Shown here: positions 10,350 through 20,265 of the stretch, piece after piece
How positions within the stretch are numbered: the first letter of the stretch is position 1
Layout: each line of letters begins with the position of its first letter
From: Acidobacteriota bacterium
Lineage (GTDB): Bacteria; Acidobacteriota; UBA6911; RPQK01; JAJDTT01
Assembly: GCA_965209055.1 (NCBI GenBank)
Contig: OZ242374.1
Span: 128,001 to 192,000, forward strand
Length of the DNA: 64,000 nt
Direction of reading: 5' to 3'
The notes under the pieces: model-generated
Database searches by the model: none
What the model was told of the DNA's origin: nothing
Seen by the model: the letters and a program-made list of their open reading frames with translations, nothing else
Program-made: the position numbers and the translations under genes

Positions 10350-10570
10350 CCCAGCCGCGCCCTGGCGTCCAGGATCACATCTTCCGCGCGTCTCGCCTCA
10401 ACAACTCCTCGTTCTATCTGGTCGTTCCTTCGTTCCGCTTCTTCCACCCACAGGCGTTCGACCTCAGCCTCAGAGAGAGCGTCGAGGCTGTTCAACAGTT
10501 TCTTGGCCAGTCTGGCGCGGGAGGCCGGATTCAGCCGGAGCGCTTCGGTTTCGAGTTCTTTGAGGGTCAT
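10346..10570 (-). CDS. Putative addiction-module antitoxin
   Basis: 74 aa, EALRL...RARLA..LL.SLD...LWVEEAERR; directly upstream of the ParE-like gene; TATAAT on the minus strand at 10601-10606. Confidence 0.85.
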   Translation of the reverse strand: MTLKELETEALRLNPASRARLAKKLLNSLDALSEAEVERLWVEEAERRNDQIERGVVEARRAEDVILDARARLG

Positions 10571-10860
10571 GGCCGCACCGCCTTTTTCTATCTTCGTTCC
10601 ATTATACGCTCCTTGGATGAGGAGCCTGCACATGACTTGATCCTGCGTAGCCGCGACCCAAAATCGCTCGTGTTCCGGACCCGCTTCAACGACTGCCGCA
10701 AGAAGGACCCCATAGTGTGCCAGTTTTTCGAGTGCCACCAGAAAGAAGATCTCAGGAGTCCTCTCCGGTGTTGACCGGATCGTGATCGTGGGCGCCGGTG
10801 CGAACGGCAAAGTGGTACCATTCCCCAACGCTTCCGGTCCCCAATCGCAGGAGAACAGTG

Positions 10861-11520
10861 ATGAACAAGACAGGCCCCCTGTTCCTTGCCGCATTCCTGG
10901 TGGGCGCTCTCGCCTCGTTCCCGGTATCGGCTCAGAATGCGGATCCCAAGATGAGTTTCTTCATCGTCAGCTCCGGCGCCGGGAACGGTGCCGATCTGGG
11001 CGGACTTGCCGGAGCCGACCAGCGCTGCCGGATGCTGGCACGGGCCGTCGGTGTCGGCGACAAGACCTGGCGTGCGTACCTGAGCGCGACGGCGTCGGAT
11101 GGCGAGGCGGCCGTCAACGCCCGGGACCGGATCGGCAGCGGGCCCTGGCACAACGCCAAGGGCGTCCAGGTCGCCCGGGACGTCGACGATCTGCACTCGG
11201 ACAACAACAACCTCACCAAGGAAACGCAAGTGAACGAGTTGGGGTTGATGGTCAACGGACGTGGGGACAGTCCCAACCGGCACGATATCCTGACCGGTTC
11301 CCAGTTGGACGGCACGGCCTTCCCGGCCGGCAAGGACACCACCTGCGGGAACTGGACCAGCCACGGCGAAGGAAGCGCCCAGGTCGGCCATCACGACCGC
11401 ACCGGCGGGGGCCAGAATCCCTCCTCCTGGAACTCGGCACACGGTTCCCGGGGCTGCAGCCAGGAGAACCTGCAGGGTACCGGAGGCGATGCGCTGTACT
11501 ACTGCTTCGCTACCGATTGA
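10861..11520 (+). CDS. Secreted lectin/endostatin-like domain protein
   Basis: Signal peptide; DLGGLAGADQRC, WRAYLS, ARDRIGSGPW, TCGNWTS and LYYCFA motifs. Confidence 0.7.
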   Translation: MNKTGPLFLAAFLVGALASFPVSAQNADPKMSFFIVSSGAGNGADLGGLAGADQRCRMLARAVGVGDKTWRAYLSATASDGEAAVNARDRIGSGPWHNAKGVQVARDVDDLHSDNNNLTKETQVNELGLMVNGRGDSPNRHDILTGSQLDGTAFPAGKDTTCGNWTSHGEGSAQVGHHDRTGGGQNPSSWNSAHGSRGCSQENLQGTGGDALYYCFATD

Positions 11521-11581
11521 AGCCTCCGTCCCGTCGGGTCAATCGATCGAGCTTTCGAGCCGTTCCACCCCTGCGAGGCCC

Positions 11582-12925
11582 TTGGCAAGCCAGCCGGCGC
11601 CGGAGTCGTCATTAGGGAACAGGCGAACTTTCTTCAGAGACACGTGGCGGCTGGCCGCCGCCCTCGTTTGGGCACCGGGCTCTGCGTTTCCCCAGACTGC
11701 GCTGGGAAGTGCTCCAACCGGCTCCGGCCGACTGGAGAAGGTGCGGGATTTCGATATTCGGAAGGATCCCCGCTATTACTATGGTCCGGGACCCTCTCCG
11801 GTCATCTTTCCGGACGGCGAGATCCTTCTGGCTTTCCGCCGGCATCCCGCCGCCGCCCGCAAGCACACTCACATCGAAACGGAGAATTTCGTCGTCAGTT
11901 CCCGTGACGGCGGACAAACCTGGGGAACTCCCGTCCCCGTCGACTACGGGGGCGTCCACAACGTCAATCTGACCCTGCTCGCGGACGGTTCGGTCCTCTA
12001 CTGCACCGCGGTCATGGAGACCGTCACCAGGGCCTCCTATGAGCGGGTTCGAGCCTTGCCCCAGGAAAGGGTTCCAGGCGGCGCCGGACGCTATCGCCTG
12101 TCCTACAGCGCCGAGGAACTGGGAATCTACGCCGTGATCTCGGGCGTCAGCGTGAGGCGATCCCTGGATCGAGGTCGAACCTGGAGTCCCCGCTACTGGG
12201 TCTCTCCCATCGACGGCGTTCCTTCCCTGCTGCCGGGGGCTCCTTCACCCGCGAACCTCAGGAGTCCCGTGATCCAGCTCCACAGTGGACGGCTCGTTCT
12301 TCCCGTGTATTCCTATCCCAATCCATGGCGTGCGGCCCTGATGGAATCGCCGGACATGGGCAAGAGCTGGTCGTTCGTTGGAGAAATCGCGGGACCCTCG
12401 GACCCGTTGCAGTTGCCTTCCGGCGGCCTGGTCGACGGCGCCGTCGCCTACAACGAGACCTTCGTCCAGGAGACGGCCTCGGGCAGGTTGGTGGCTTTCA
12501 TCCGGATTCACGCCGGCGCCACCGAGCGCCAGCGTGAGAATTGGGGCGGGGACGTGAATCCGGCCGGCCGTCTGGTGACGGCGTCCTCCGACGACGGCGG
12601 GAGGACCTGGAGCGCGCCGGTGCGCCATCGGCTCTGGGGTTATCCCTATTGGGCCACGGCGCTGCCCAGCGGACGGATCCTCCTGGCCTACGGATACCGC
12701 CAAGAGCCCTTCGGCGTCCGGGCGCGCCTGCTGGACCCGGAGTGCAGGCATATCGACGAGGCCGAGGAACTGGTGGTGCGGGATGACGGATTCATGCGCG
12801 ATCTGGGTTATCCCCAAGGCGCCCTGATGCAGGACGGGCGGGTCCTCCTGACCTATTACTTCAACCGCCAGCGGGAAGAGGGGAGGCACGTCTACCTGGC
12901 GGCCTCCATCCTGGAGGAGGTCTGA
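11582..12925 (+). CDS. Tat-exported BNR/sialidase-like protein
   Basis: RRTFF twin-arginine motif; Asp-boxes SRDGGQTW, SLDRGRTW, SPDMGKSW and SDDGGRTW; DLGYP. Start uncertain. Confidence 0.75.
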   Translation: MASQPAPESSLGNRRTFFRDTWRLAAALVWAPGSAFPQTALGSAPTGSGRLEKVRDFDIRKDPRYYYGPGPSPVIFPDGEILLAFRRHPAAARKHTHIETENFVVSSRDGGQTWGTPVPVDYGGVHNVNLTLLADGSVLYCTAVMETVTRASYERVRALPQERVPGGAGRYRLSYSAEELGIYAVISGVSVRRSLDRGRTWSPRYWVSPIDGVPSLLPGAPSPANLRSPVIQLHSGRLVLPVYSYPNPWRAALMESPDMGKSWSFVGEIAGPSDPLQLPSGGLVDGAVAYNETFVQETASGRLVAFIRIHAGATERQRENWGGDVNPAGRLVTASSDDGGRTWSAPVRHRLWGYPYWATALPSGRILLAYGYRQEPFGVRARLLDPECRHIDEAEELVVRDDGFMRDLGYPQGALMQDGRVLLTYYFNRQREEGRHVYLAASILEEV

Positions 12926-12950
12926 GGCAGAGCATGAGACCGCCTCCGGG

Positions 12951-14117
12951 TCAGGAGCGGGCTCGCCGTTGTCCCGGAATGCTGTGCAGCAGGCCCCTCA
13001 TGTAACCCACGGCGAAGGCGATGTACTGCTTCGGCAAGGGCTCGTCTCCCGTAATTCCCATGGCGTGGTCGTAGTCGATGACCCCCTCGTAGTCCACCTC
13101 CGCCAGGGTCCTCAGCACCTTCTCCATCTCCATGTCCCCCTCGTCCACGGCGACCTCGGAGTATCCCCCGTTGGCCGGAAGGGTGCCGCGAACGTTCCGG
13201 AAATGGACGTGGAACAGCTTATCCTGGCTCCCGAAATGCCGGATGCCTTTGAGCACGTCCTCTCCGGATTCGTACCGTGTCCCGACGCAGAAGGTGATCC
13301 CGTTGTTGGGACTGGGGACTTCCGAGAACAGGCGGTCGAAGTCCTTGAACCGGCACAGAATCTGAGGATTTCCCAGGTATTCGTAAAGCGGGGGGTCGTT
13401 GCCGTGCATGGCGACCCGGGTGCGGCTCCCGTCGACGACGGGGATGACCTGGCGATAGATGTTCAGGAGGCCGTCCCAGAGCTGCTGCGAGGTGACGCGG
13501 TACCTGGGAGGGGCCGCCGCCTTGGACTTCTCCAGGTCGAAGGAATAGTACTCGTAGCCTCCGCGGCCGCGCGGACGGCTCCAGGCGGTCCTCCGGTAGT
13601 CCAGGTGCAGGGCCGCCTGGCAGGCCTGGATACCGTAGACCGGGATCTCGAACTCGGCCAGGATCTCTCCGATCCGCTTCAGGTTGTCGATTTGTTTCTG
13701 GCCGCCGGGCCGCCCCAGGTGGGCGTCCAGGTAGTGGGGGCCCAGGGAGTTGGCCCGTTCGATGCGAAGTCCGACTCTCCGGAGCCGGTCGGTCAGCCGC
13801 CGGAAAGCGTCCCGGGTAAAGCTGCCGGTCTCGTTGTAGCCCTCGACCATGCTCAGGACGATGTCCACGTAGTCGACGCCGATCTGCTTCAGGAAACGAA
13901 GGTCGACGTCGTCCTCGCTCTTCATCCAATTGGCGTTGACGCGGGTGCCGATGCGGATTCGAGGCCGGTTCGACGGGGTTGCTTTCCTTACCGGGGCGGG
14001 CTGTGAGCAGGCGCCGAGCGTGGCCGCCAGCCCGGCCTGGCCCAGGAAGGTTCTCCGGGTGGAATCGAGGGGTCCGTTCATGAAGGTCCTCCTGGCGTTG
14101 TTCGAGCGGCGCGTCAT
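12951..14117 (-). CDS. Mannonate dehydratase (UxuA)-like protein with Tat/lipoprotein signal
   Basis: MHGNDPP, NGITFCVG, FHVHFRNVRG, DEGDMEM, DH and AFAVGYMRGL motifs. Alternative start at 14081. Confidence 0.8.
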   Translation of the reverse strand: MTRRSNNARRTFMNGPLDSTRRTFLGQAGLAATLGACSQPAPVRKATPSNRPRIRIGTRVNANWMKSEDDVDLRFLKQIGVDYVDIVLSMVEGYNETGSFTRDAFRRLTDRLRRVGLRIERANSLGPHYLDAHLGRPGGQKQIDNLKRIGEILAEFEIPVYGIQACQAALHLDYRRTAWSRPRGRGGYEYYSFDLEKSKAAAPPRYRVTSQQLWDGLLNIYRQVIPVVDGSRTRVAMHGNDPPLYEYLGNPQILCRFKDFDRLFSEVPSPNNGITFCVGTRYESGEDVLKGIRHFGSQDKLFHVHFRNVRGTLPANGGYSEVAVDEGDMEMEKVLRTLAEVDYEGVIDYDHAMGITGDEPLPKQYIAFAVGYMRGLLHSIPGQRRARS

Positions 14118-15892
14118 CTTGCCGCCGCGGTGGTGAAGGTGGCGTCGGTTCCGTAGCTGACGCCCTGCTCGTTTTCTCCCACCAGGCGATAGTGGTAGGT
14201 GGTCCCGGGCGCCAGATCCGTGAGGTTGGAAAAGACCAACCTGGGGGTGACCTGCAACCCGGCATAGCCGGCGGAAGATTCCCGACCGTAACCGGTATCG
14301 GTCCCATACTGGAAATGGAACCGGGTCCGCACGCCCATGGGATTGAGCCGTCCTTCCACCTTGACCGACTGTGCCTGGACCCGGCTTGCCGCGCCGGTCC
14401 TCACCAGGGGACGATGGCCGGCCGGCAGGGTGTAGGTTCGGTCCTCGCCATGGGCCGTGCCTGCTGCGTTCGTTGCCGCCAGCCGGTAGTGATAGGTGGT
14501 CCCCGGCGTCAGGCGGCCGATGTCCGTGTTGACGTTGTAGAGTTCGTCGTCGGTCCTCATGACGGCCCCCGATCCGAAGACCTCGATCTCGCCCAGCCCC
14601 CAGTGACGGGCCTCATATCCCGAAAGGAGGCGTACCTTCAGGTGCCCGGCCCGGGTCGCCAGGCCCTGGTCCAGGGTGAAGGCGAAGTTGGCATTCGGGT
14701 CCCCCTTGCGGGGAAGGGTCCGGCTGAGAATCGGCGTATAGGTTTCTCCGTCCTCCGAGGCCAGGATCTCCACCTCCTTGCCGGGCGCTTCCGGGTTCTG
14801 GTGGAGCTGGATCGCGTCGATGGTCACGTGCCGTTCAAAGGTGTAAACGAACTCCTGGGGCGCTTCCGGGTCGGGAGAGCTCTTCCACATGCGGCCGGAG
14901 CCGTGGCGCCAGCCGTCGGTGAGCGTCGCCGGATCGTCCGGCGAGTCCTGGGGCCAGGAGACCAGCCGGCCTCCGTTGTCGGGGAAGAGCAGCGACTCGT
15001 TGCGGTAGACCAATTGGAATTCGTCGAAATCGATGGATCCCGAGGGCGGGTTCTCCACGTCGATGAACGCCGCCAGGTGGAAGAAGTCGTCGTTGAGGTG
15101 ACCCTGGACCTGGTCGATGGAGCCGTAGTCATAGCGCCGGGCGACGCCCCCTTGCCGGGTAGGATTGTTTCCTCCGTAGCTCCAGTACGAAGTATCGTTC
15201 CAGAGGCGGTAGTCCACCCTGTGCCACTCGCCGTCCATCAGGAAATCGGTCAACAGGAACCCGGTGTAGGCCCAGTTGGACGCCCTCCAGCCGGGATCGT
15301 CCACCATCTCCACGTTGACGTAAGCCTGGCTCCACCAGAGCAACTCCGAGCCATTGGGTTTCCAGTCGTTTCCCCGCACCCAGACCGTGACCTTGGCGTC
15401 CCTCAGGTCCGGGTCCCCGGCGGCGAGGCAGGGGCCGGGATCCCGGTCGGGGTCGAGGCAGCGGCCGCACCACAGGTATTTGGTCAGGTGCAGCGTGCCG
15501 ATCCCGTCGTCGTGGTTGTGGTCGTTCCGGCTGGGCTCGGCCAGCCTCACGTATCCTCCCGACGGCCCGCCGGAGGTGAACAGGGACTGGTTCAGCCAAG
15601 TGTCCCAGCCCCCCATTCCCTCGTCCCAGCTCTCGTGGTAGTAGGCGGCCAAACGGGGCGGGAGGGGCCGTTCGGCGGTCCGGAACCCGTAGTCCTTCGA
15701 TGGGCCGTACTCGAAGTAGTAGGTGGTGGGTTCTCCGTGAGGATGAATGGAACCGTTGACGGTCAACGCCCGGGTCCCCAGGGCGCTGCCCGATCCCGTC
15801 GTCACCGTGGGCGCATTGCCCGGGCCGGGGCGTTCCGGCGCTTCCGTGCAGGCCATGAACCAGAAACAGGCTCCCGCCACGAGCCCGCCCAT
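14114..15892 (-). CDS. Putative lipoprotein with FN3-like repeats and a discoidin/CBM-like domain
   Basis: Two L.PGTTYHYRL FN3 motifs; W...EIEVFG discoidin-like end; lipobox-like FMAC. Confidence 0.65.
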   Translation of the reverse strand: MGGLVAGACFWFMACTEAPERPGPGNAPTVTTGSGSALGTRALTVNGSIHPHGEPTTYYFEYGPSKDYGFRTAERPLPPRLAAYYHESWDEGMGGWDTWLNQSLFTSGGPSGGYVRLAEPSRNDHNHDDGIGTLHLTKYLWCGRCLDPDRDPGPCLAAGDPDLRDAKVTVWVRGNDWKPNGSELLWWSQAYVNVEMVDDPGWRASNWAYTGFLLTDFLMDGEWHRVDYRLWNDTSYWSYGGNNPTRQGGVARRYDYGSIDQVQGHLNDDFFHLAAFIDVENPPSGSIDFDEFQLVYRNESLLFPDNGGRLVSWPQDSPDDPATLTDGWRHGSGRMWKSSPDPEAPQEFVYTFERHVTIDAIQLHQNPEAPGKEVEILASEDGETYTPILSRTLPRKGDPNANFAFTLDQGLATRAGHLKVRLLSGYEARHWGLGEIEVFGSGAVMRTDDELYNVNTDIGRLTPGTTYHYRLAATNAAGTAHGEDRTYTLPAGHRPLVRTGAASRVQAQSVKVEGRLNPMGVRTRFHFQYGTDTGYGRESSAGYAGLQVTPRLVFSNLTDLAPGTTYHYRLVGENEQGVSYGTDATFTTAAAR

Positions 15893-16078
15893 GACCCTGG
15901 TGCGATTCGGGAAGAACCGGGTGGGGCGAAAATAATGTGAAGTGGCTCGCGACGCTCGTAACCTGGACTCTGGCGGCGGGCACTCACGTCGTCGCGTCAA
16001 CATGTCCTGCCCCCTTTCGCGCGGATTCTAACACGCGACCGGCGGAGCGTCCCTCGGGTGAGCGTCAGGCAGGACGAT

Positions 16079-17590
16079 TCATTCTTCGGTGCCTTCCCTT
16101 CCGTCCTCGGCTTCCGCCGTCTCCCAAGTCGCTCGGATCGCCAGGAAGGCGATTCCCTGGAGCAACCGCTCGAAAACAAAGTGATGCAACGGGTAGAGGG
16201 CGTACCAGTAGGCGAGGCCCAGAAATCCCCGGGGGTCGAATTCCGCGGTCTGCCGGACCCTTGACCCCGATCCGTCGGGTTCCACCTCGAACTGGAGCCA
16301 AGCGCGGCCGGGAAGGCGCATCTCGGCGACGAGCCGGAGCAGCCGGTCCTCTTCGTACGCCTCCACTCGCCAGAAATCGATGGTCTCTCCAACCGCCGGT
16401 TGGTCGGGGCTCTTTCGTCCGCGCCGCATGCCGGGACCGCCGGCCAGCAGGTCCAGCGCGCCCCGAACTTTCCAGAGCCAGTCCGACCCGTACCATCCCG
16501 ACTCTCCTCCGATTCGCCGGATCGGCAGGAAGGCCTGCGGGGCCGGAACCGGGACGTAGCGAACTCGAGAATCGACGATCCGGGTCCCGTACCGGGCTCC
16601 GGCCCGGGTCGTGACGCCGCCCAGGGAAGAGATGGCGTCGGACCAGCGTGTCTCCGCGAACTCACGGTCTTCATTGGCGAGCGCCCGCTGGATCGCCTGG
16701 ACCAGCCCGCGAGGACGGATGCCGAACGTCTCGAGGGCTCGCGCGCCGTCGACGACGGTTTCGTTGCGGAGGCTCTCCACGAGCTTGCGGCCCACCCTGG
16801 CGTAGATGGGAGTGATCAGCCCCAGCCACAAGCCGGACAGCCGGGGAGAGAGGACGGGAACGGAGATCATCCTTCGGCGCAGCCCCCGCTGGCGGGCGTA
16901 TTCTTCCATGATGTCGGCATAGGACGCTCGTTCGGACCCTCCAATCTCGATGATCCGGCTCCCTTCAAGAGGAGTCTCCAACCCGGCGATCAGGTATTCG
17001 ATGACGTCTTCCACGGCGATGGGCTGCGACATCGTGTGAACCCAGCGGGGAGTCAGCATGACGGGCAGCTTCTCCACCAGGGACCGGATCATCTCGAAGG
17101 AAAGGCTTCCCGACCCGATGATGATGGAGGACCTGAATTCGATGGTGGGAATCCCGGAGCCGCGGAGAATCCGGCCCACCTCCTGACGGCTCCGAAGATG
17201 GCCCGACAGCCTTGCGCCGCTCCCCAGTCCCCCCAGGTAGACGATGCGCCCGACGCCCGCCTGCCGGGCTGCGGTAGAGAACGCCTTCGCGGCCCTTCGA
17301 TCCTGGTCGGCGTAGTCCCCGGCCGACGCCATGGAGTGCACCAGGTAGACCGCCGTGGAGATCCCGCGCATGGCGTCCGGGAGCGTCTCCGGCTTGAGCA
17401 GGTCCCCTTGCACCACCTCGGTGGTGTCATCGGCCTGTGGCCTTAGGACCTCCGGCCGCCGGACCAGGCACCGAACCGCGCAGGCATCGGCTTCGAGCCG
17501 GCGGAGCAAACGGCCGCCGATGTACCCGGTGGACCCGGTCAGCAGAATTTTTTCCCGGTCGCCGGCCACTGCCGATATTCTCGGCTTCAT
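16079..17590 (-). CDS. NAD(P)-binding oxidoreductase with DUF2867 (YbjT-like)
   Basis: TGSTGYIGGRL Rossmann motif; DFWRVE, AEMRLPGRAWLQF and GLAYWYALYPLH. Confidence 0.88.
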   Translation of the reverse strand: MKPRISAVAGDREKILLTGSTGYIGGRLLRRLEADACAVRCLVRRPEVLRPQADDTTEVVQGDLLKPETLPDAMRGISTAVYLVHSMASAGDYADQDRRAAKAFSTAARQAGVGRIVYLGGLGSGARLSGHLRSRQEVGRILRGSGIPTIEFRSSIIIGSGSLSFEMIRSLVEKLPVMLTPRWVHTMSQPIAVEDVIEYLIAGLETPLEGSRIIEIGGSERASYADIMEEYARQRGLRRRMISVPVLSPRLSGLWLGLITPIYARVGRKLVESLRNETVVDGARALETFGIRPRGLVQAIQRALANEDREFAETRWSDAISSLGGVTTRAGARYGTRIVDSRVRYVPVPAPQAFLPIRRIGGESGWYGSDWLWKVRGALDLLAGGPGMRRGRKSPDQPAVGETIDFWRVEAYEEDRLLRLVAEMRLPGRAWLQFEVEPDGSGSRVRQTAEFDPRGFLGLAYWYALYPLHHFVFERLLQGIAFLAIRATWETAEAEDGREGTEE

Positions 17591-17730
17591 GTATCCATTG
17601 TCCGAAATTTCCGGAGCGGCGGCGGAGGAGCAGCGGAGGAACGGCGGCGCAGCGGCGCCTTGCCATGCGCCGATCTTCCGGAGATACACCGGGCAACAAA
17701 CCGTGGCGCCGCCGCCCACGTCGCGCCAGG

Positions 17731-20127
17731 TCAGAACCGCATCTTCAACCGCACCGTGGCCAGCCGGCCGGGCGCCAGGGCGGTGCCCGAGAACAGGCCG
17801 TTGAAGTTGATCACGTTGAGCCGGTCGGTCAGGTTGCGCACGTCGAACTGTATCGAGACCGATTGCGCGTCGGCCTCCCAGAGCCGGGCCCCGACGGAAA
17901 GATCAAGGCTGAAATTGGGCCGGACTCTGGCCCGCTCGAAATTCACCCGCGCCAGAATCTCCGGAGCAATGAAGCGCTCTTCATCGGCGCCGGATTCCGG
18001 CGCCTCTCCTTCTTCCTCGTCCTCACCCTCATCGTCGTCTTCGTCGTCGGCCAACTCCACCGGCAACCCGCTGCCGTACCGGGCCCCGATCCCGAGCCAG
18101 ACCCGCCGGTGGAGATCGAACAAGAACCGGGCTGCGACCGTGTTGCGCTGATCCTGACTGATGGGAAACCGCTCGACCACATCCCGCAATTCCTCCGCCT
18201 CGCCTCCCTCGATGAACAGCCCTCCCGTTACGGGCGAGGTGGCCCGGCCCAGCAGGTTCGAATAGCTGACGAAGGAGGAGACCCGTCTCCAGCGCGGCAG
18301 CTCGAGCCGGACTTCGGTCCCCTCGATGCGGGCCGTGTCGAAGGTGATGGGGAACGAGACGCCCGTGTTCAGAAAGACGTCGTCGTCGATGTAGTTCCGA
18401 AAGGTCCGCCAGTAGTGGCTCAGGTCGAGGCGCAAAACGTTGGCCACGGTCTTGCGCAACCCGATCTCGAAGAAGTTGGCCCGGCTCGCGGGCACCGGGA
18501 TCGTTCCCTCGACGGCGTCGATCTCCAATGCCGGGGCCCCGCTGGACAGCAGCAGATTCTCCATGGGAGGCGGTTGGAAGATGCGGTCGTAGGAGGCGAA
18601 CAATTGTATTTCGGCCTTGGGGACGTAGTAGCTGACGGCGGCCCTGGGGCTGACGGCCGTGTCCTCCACCAGCAGGCTGTAGGCATCGAAGCGGACTCCC
18701 AGAGTCGTGGCGAAGTTTCCGAGACGGATCTGGTCCTGAACGAACAGGCCCATCTCCGTGCTGCGCCGCTCGTCTTGGAAAGCCAGGTCCGGGCGGCTCG
18801 ATTCTCCCGGTGCCGACAGGAGAAAGACCTCGTGGATGTCGTTGATCCGGACGTCGCCCCCGAACTTCAAGGTGTGCCGATGATGGTCGACGGTGACGTC
18901 GCCGACCAACGCGGCTTCGCGAAATCCGCGATCCTGCCCGACATGGACCGGGGTCGCCAGCGGGTTGCTCCACAGCTCGCTGGAAAGGTCTCGGATCATT
19001 CCACGTATGGAGCCCAATGTGCTCGGCGAGATGGTCCGCTGGTAGTGGATCTGCCCGGCCATCTCGCCCATGCGGCGATCCTGGCGCTGTCCCGCCGCCT
19101 GCTGTTCCAGGTCGTTGGGCACCAGAAATCCGGTACGGTTGTACCGGAGGTAGGCGGTCAACTGGTCGCGAGGGGAAAGGTCATGGGCCAGCCGGGCGTT
19201 GACGCCTCCCGCACTTGCCCGGTTGGTAAAGTTCTCGATGGAGGGCGGGTCCAGGTATCGATCCGTAATTCCGGATTGCAGTCCTATCGAGAAGGAACTG
19301 CGGTCCGCGGCGAACTGGTGGGACATGGAACCGAACCAGGTTCCGTATCCCCCGGCCTGCAGATCCAGAGCCGTGTGGTGTCCCCGCCGCTCGGCCCGGC
19401 GTGTGTCCAGCGCGATCACTCCCCCCAACCGGCGGCCGTACTCGGCCGGGATCCCGGCCGTGAGAACGTTCACCGCTTCGAACTCGTCGTTTTCGAACGC
19501 GGGGGCGAACGCGATGGATCGGTTGTCGTAGAGGGGCATCCCGTCGATGACGTATTGGGTGTCGTATTCCGAACCTCGCGGATGCAGGACGGCGTTGGCC
19601 TCCAGCAGCCAGCCGGGCAGGGTGGTCACGACGTCGATGGTGCTGCGGCCCAGAGTCGTTCCGGGAGTGCGATTCAAGTTCATCCGCCCCACTTGCATGG
19701 CATTGGAGGGTTGCAGGGGATCCAGGAGAGGCGCCGAATCTTCGACCGTCAATTCCTCGTGGGGCGTGCCGACCTCCAGGACGACTTGAACGGACTGCGG
19801 GACTGCCGAGCGGATCTCCACTCGCCGGGACAGGTCTTCGAAACCGGCATGGGAGACCGTGAGCCGGTACTGGCCGGGGCGCAAACGCTTGAGGACGGCA
19901 TGGCCTGTCTCGTCGGCCGTCACAGTCGCGACGAATTCCGGGCTCCGGCCGACGAGTCGGACCCCGGCCGGGATCGCGCCGCCGCTGGGATCGGACACCT
20001 GGACCGCCAGGCGCCCTTCCATGACCTGCGCCATACCCAGCGCAGGCAATCCAAGGGCTGCCAGTCCGGCGGCAACCAAGAGCCGGGGAAAACGCAGCAA
20101 GAGATAGGGCATCCGGCTCTCCATCAT
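17731..20127 (-). CDS. TonB-dependent receptor
   Basis: Signal peptide, carboxypeptidase-regulatory-like N-domain, plug motifs (YVIDG, IPAEYG), C-terminal NLTDR...PGR...MRF. Confidence 0.85.
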   Translation of the reverse strand: MMESRMPYLLLRFPRLLVAAGLAALGLPALGMAQVMEGRLAVQVSDPSGGAIPAGVRLVGRSPEFVATVTADETGHAVLKRLRPGQYRLTVSHAGFEDLSRRVEIRSAVPQSVQVVLEVGTPHEELTVEDSAPLLDPLQPSNAMQVGRMNLNRTPGTTLGRSTIDVVTTLPGWLLEANAVLHPRGSEYDTQYVIDGMPLYDNRSIAFAPAFENDEFEAVNVLTAGIPAEYGRRLGGVIALDTRRAERRGHHTALDLQAGGYGTWFGSMSHQFAADRSSFSIGLQSGITDRYLDPPSIENFTNRASAGGVNARLAHDLSPRDQLTAYLRYNRTGFLVPNDLEQQAAGQRQDRRMGEMAGQIHYQRTISPSTLGSIRGMIRDLSSELWSNPLATPVHVGQDRGFREAALVGDVTVDHHRHTLKFGGDVRINDIHEVFLLSAPGESSRPDLAFQDERRSTEMGLFVQDQIRLGNFATTLGVRFDAYSLLVEDTAVSPRAAVSYYVPKAEIQLFASYDRIFQPPPMENLLLSSGAPALEIDAVEGTIPVPASRANFFEIGLRKTVANVLRLDLSHYWRTFRNYIDDDVFLNTGVSFPITFDTARIEGTEVRLELPRWRRVSSFVSYSNLLGRATSPVTGGLFIEGGEAEELRDVVERFPISQDQRNTVAARFLFDLHRRVWLGIGARYGSGLPVELADDEDDDEGEDEEEGEAPESGADEERFIAPEILARVNFERARVRPNFSLDLSVGARLWEADAQSVSIQFDVRNLTDRLNVINFNGLFSGTALAPGRLATVRLKMRF

Positions 20128-20265
20128 AGTCGGGACAGTGACGGGCGCCCAACAATCGGCCTTGAAGCCTCCCCGCCATTCCTCCTTCTCGTTGGTCCCG
20201 GAAACCGGGCTGTGATAGGTTTTCCGGAAAGATCCCACCCTTCCACCGGAACCGAAGGAGCCATC

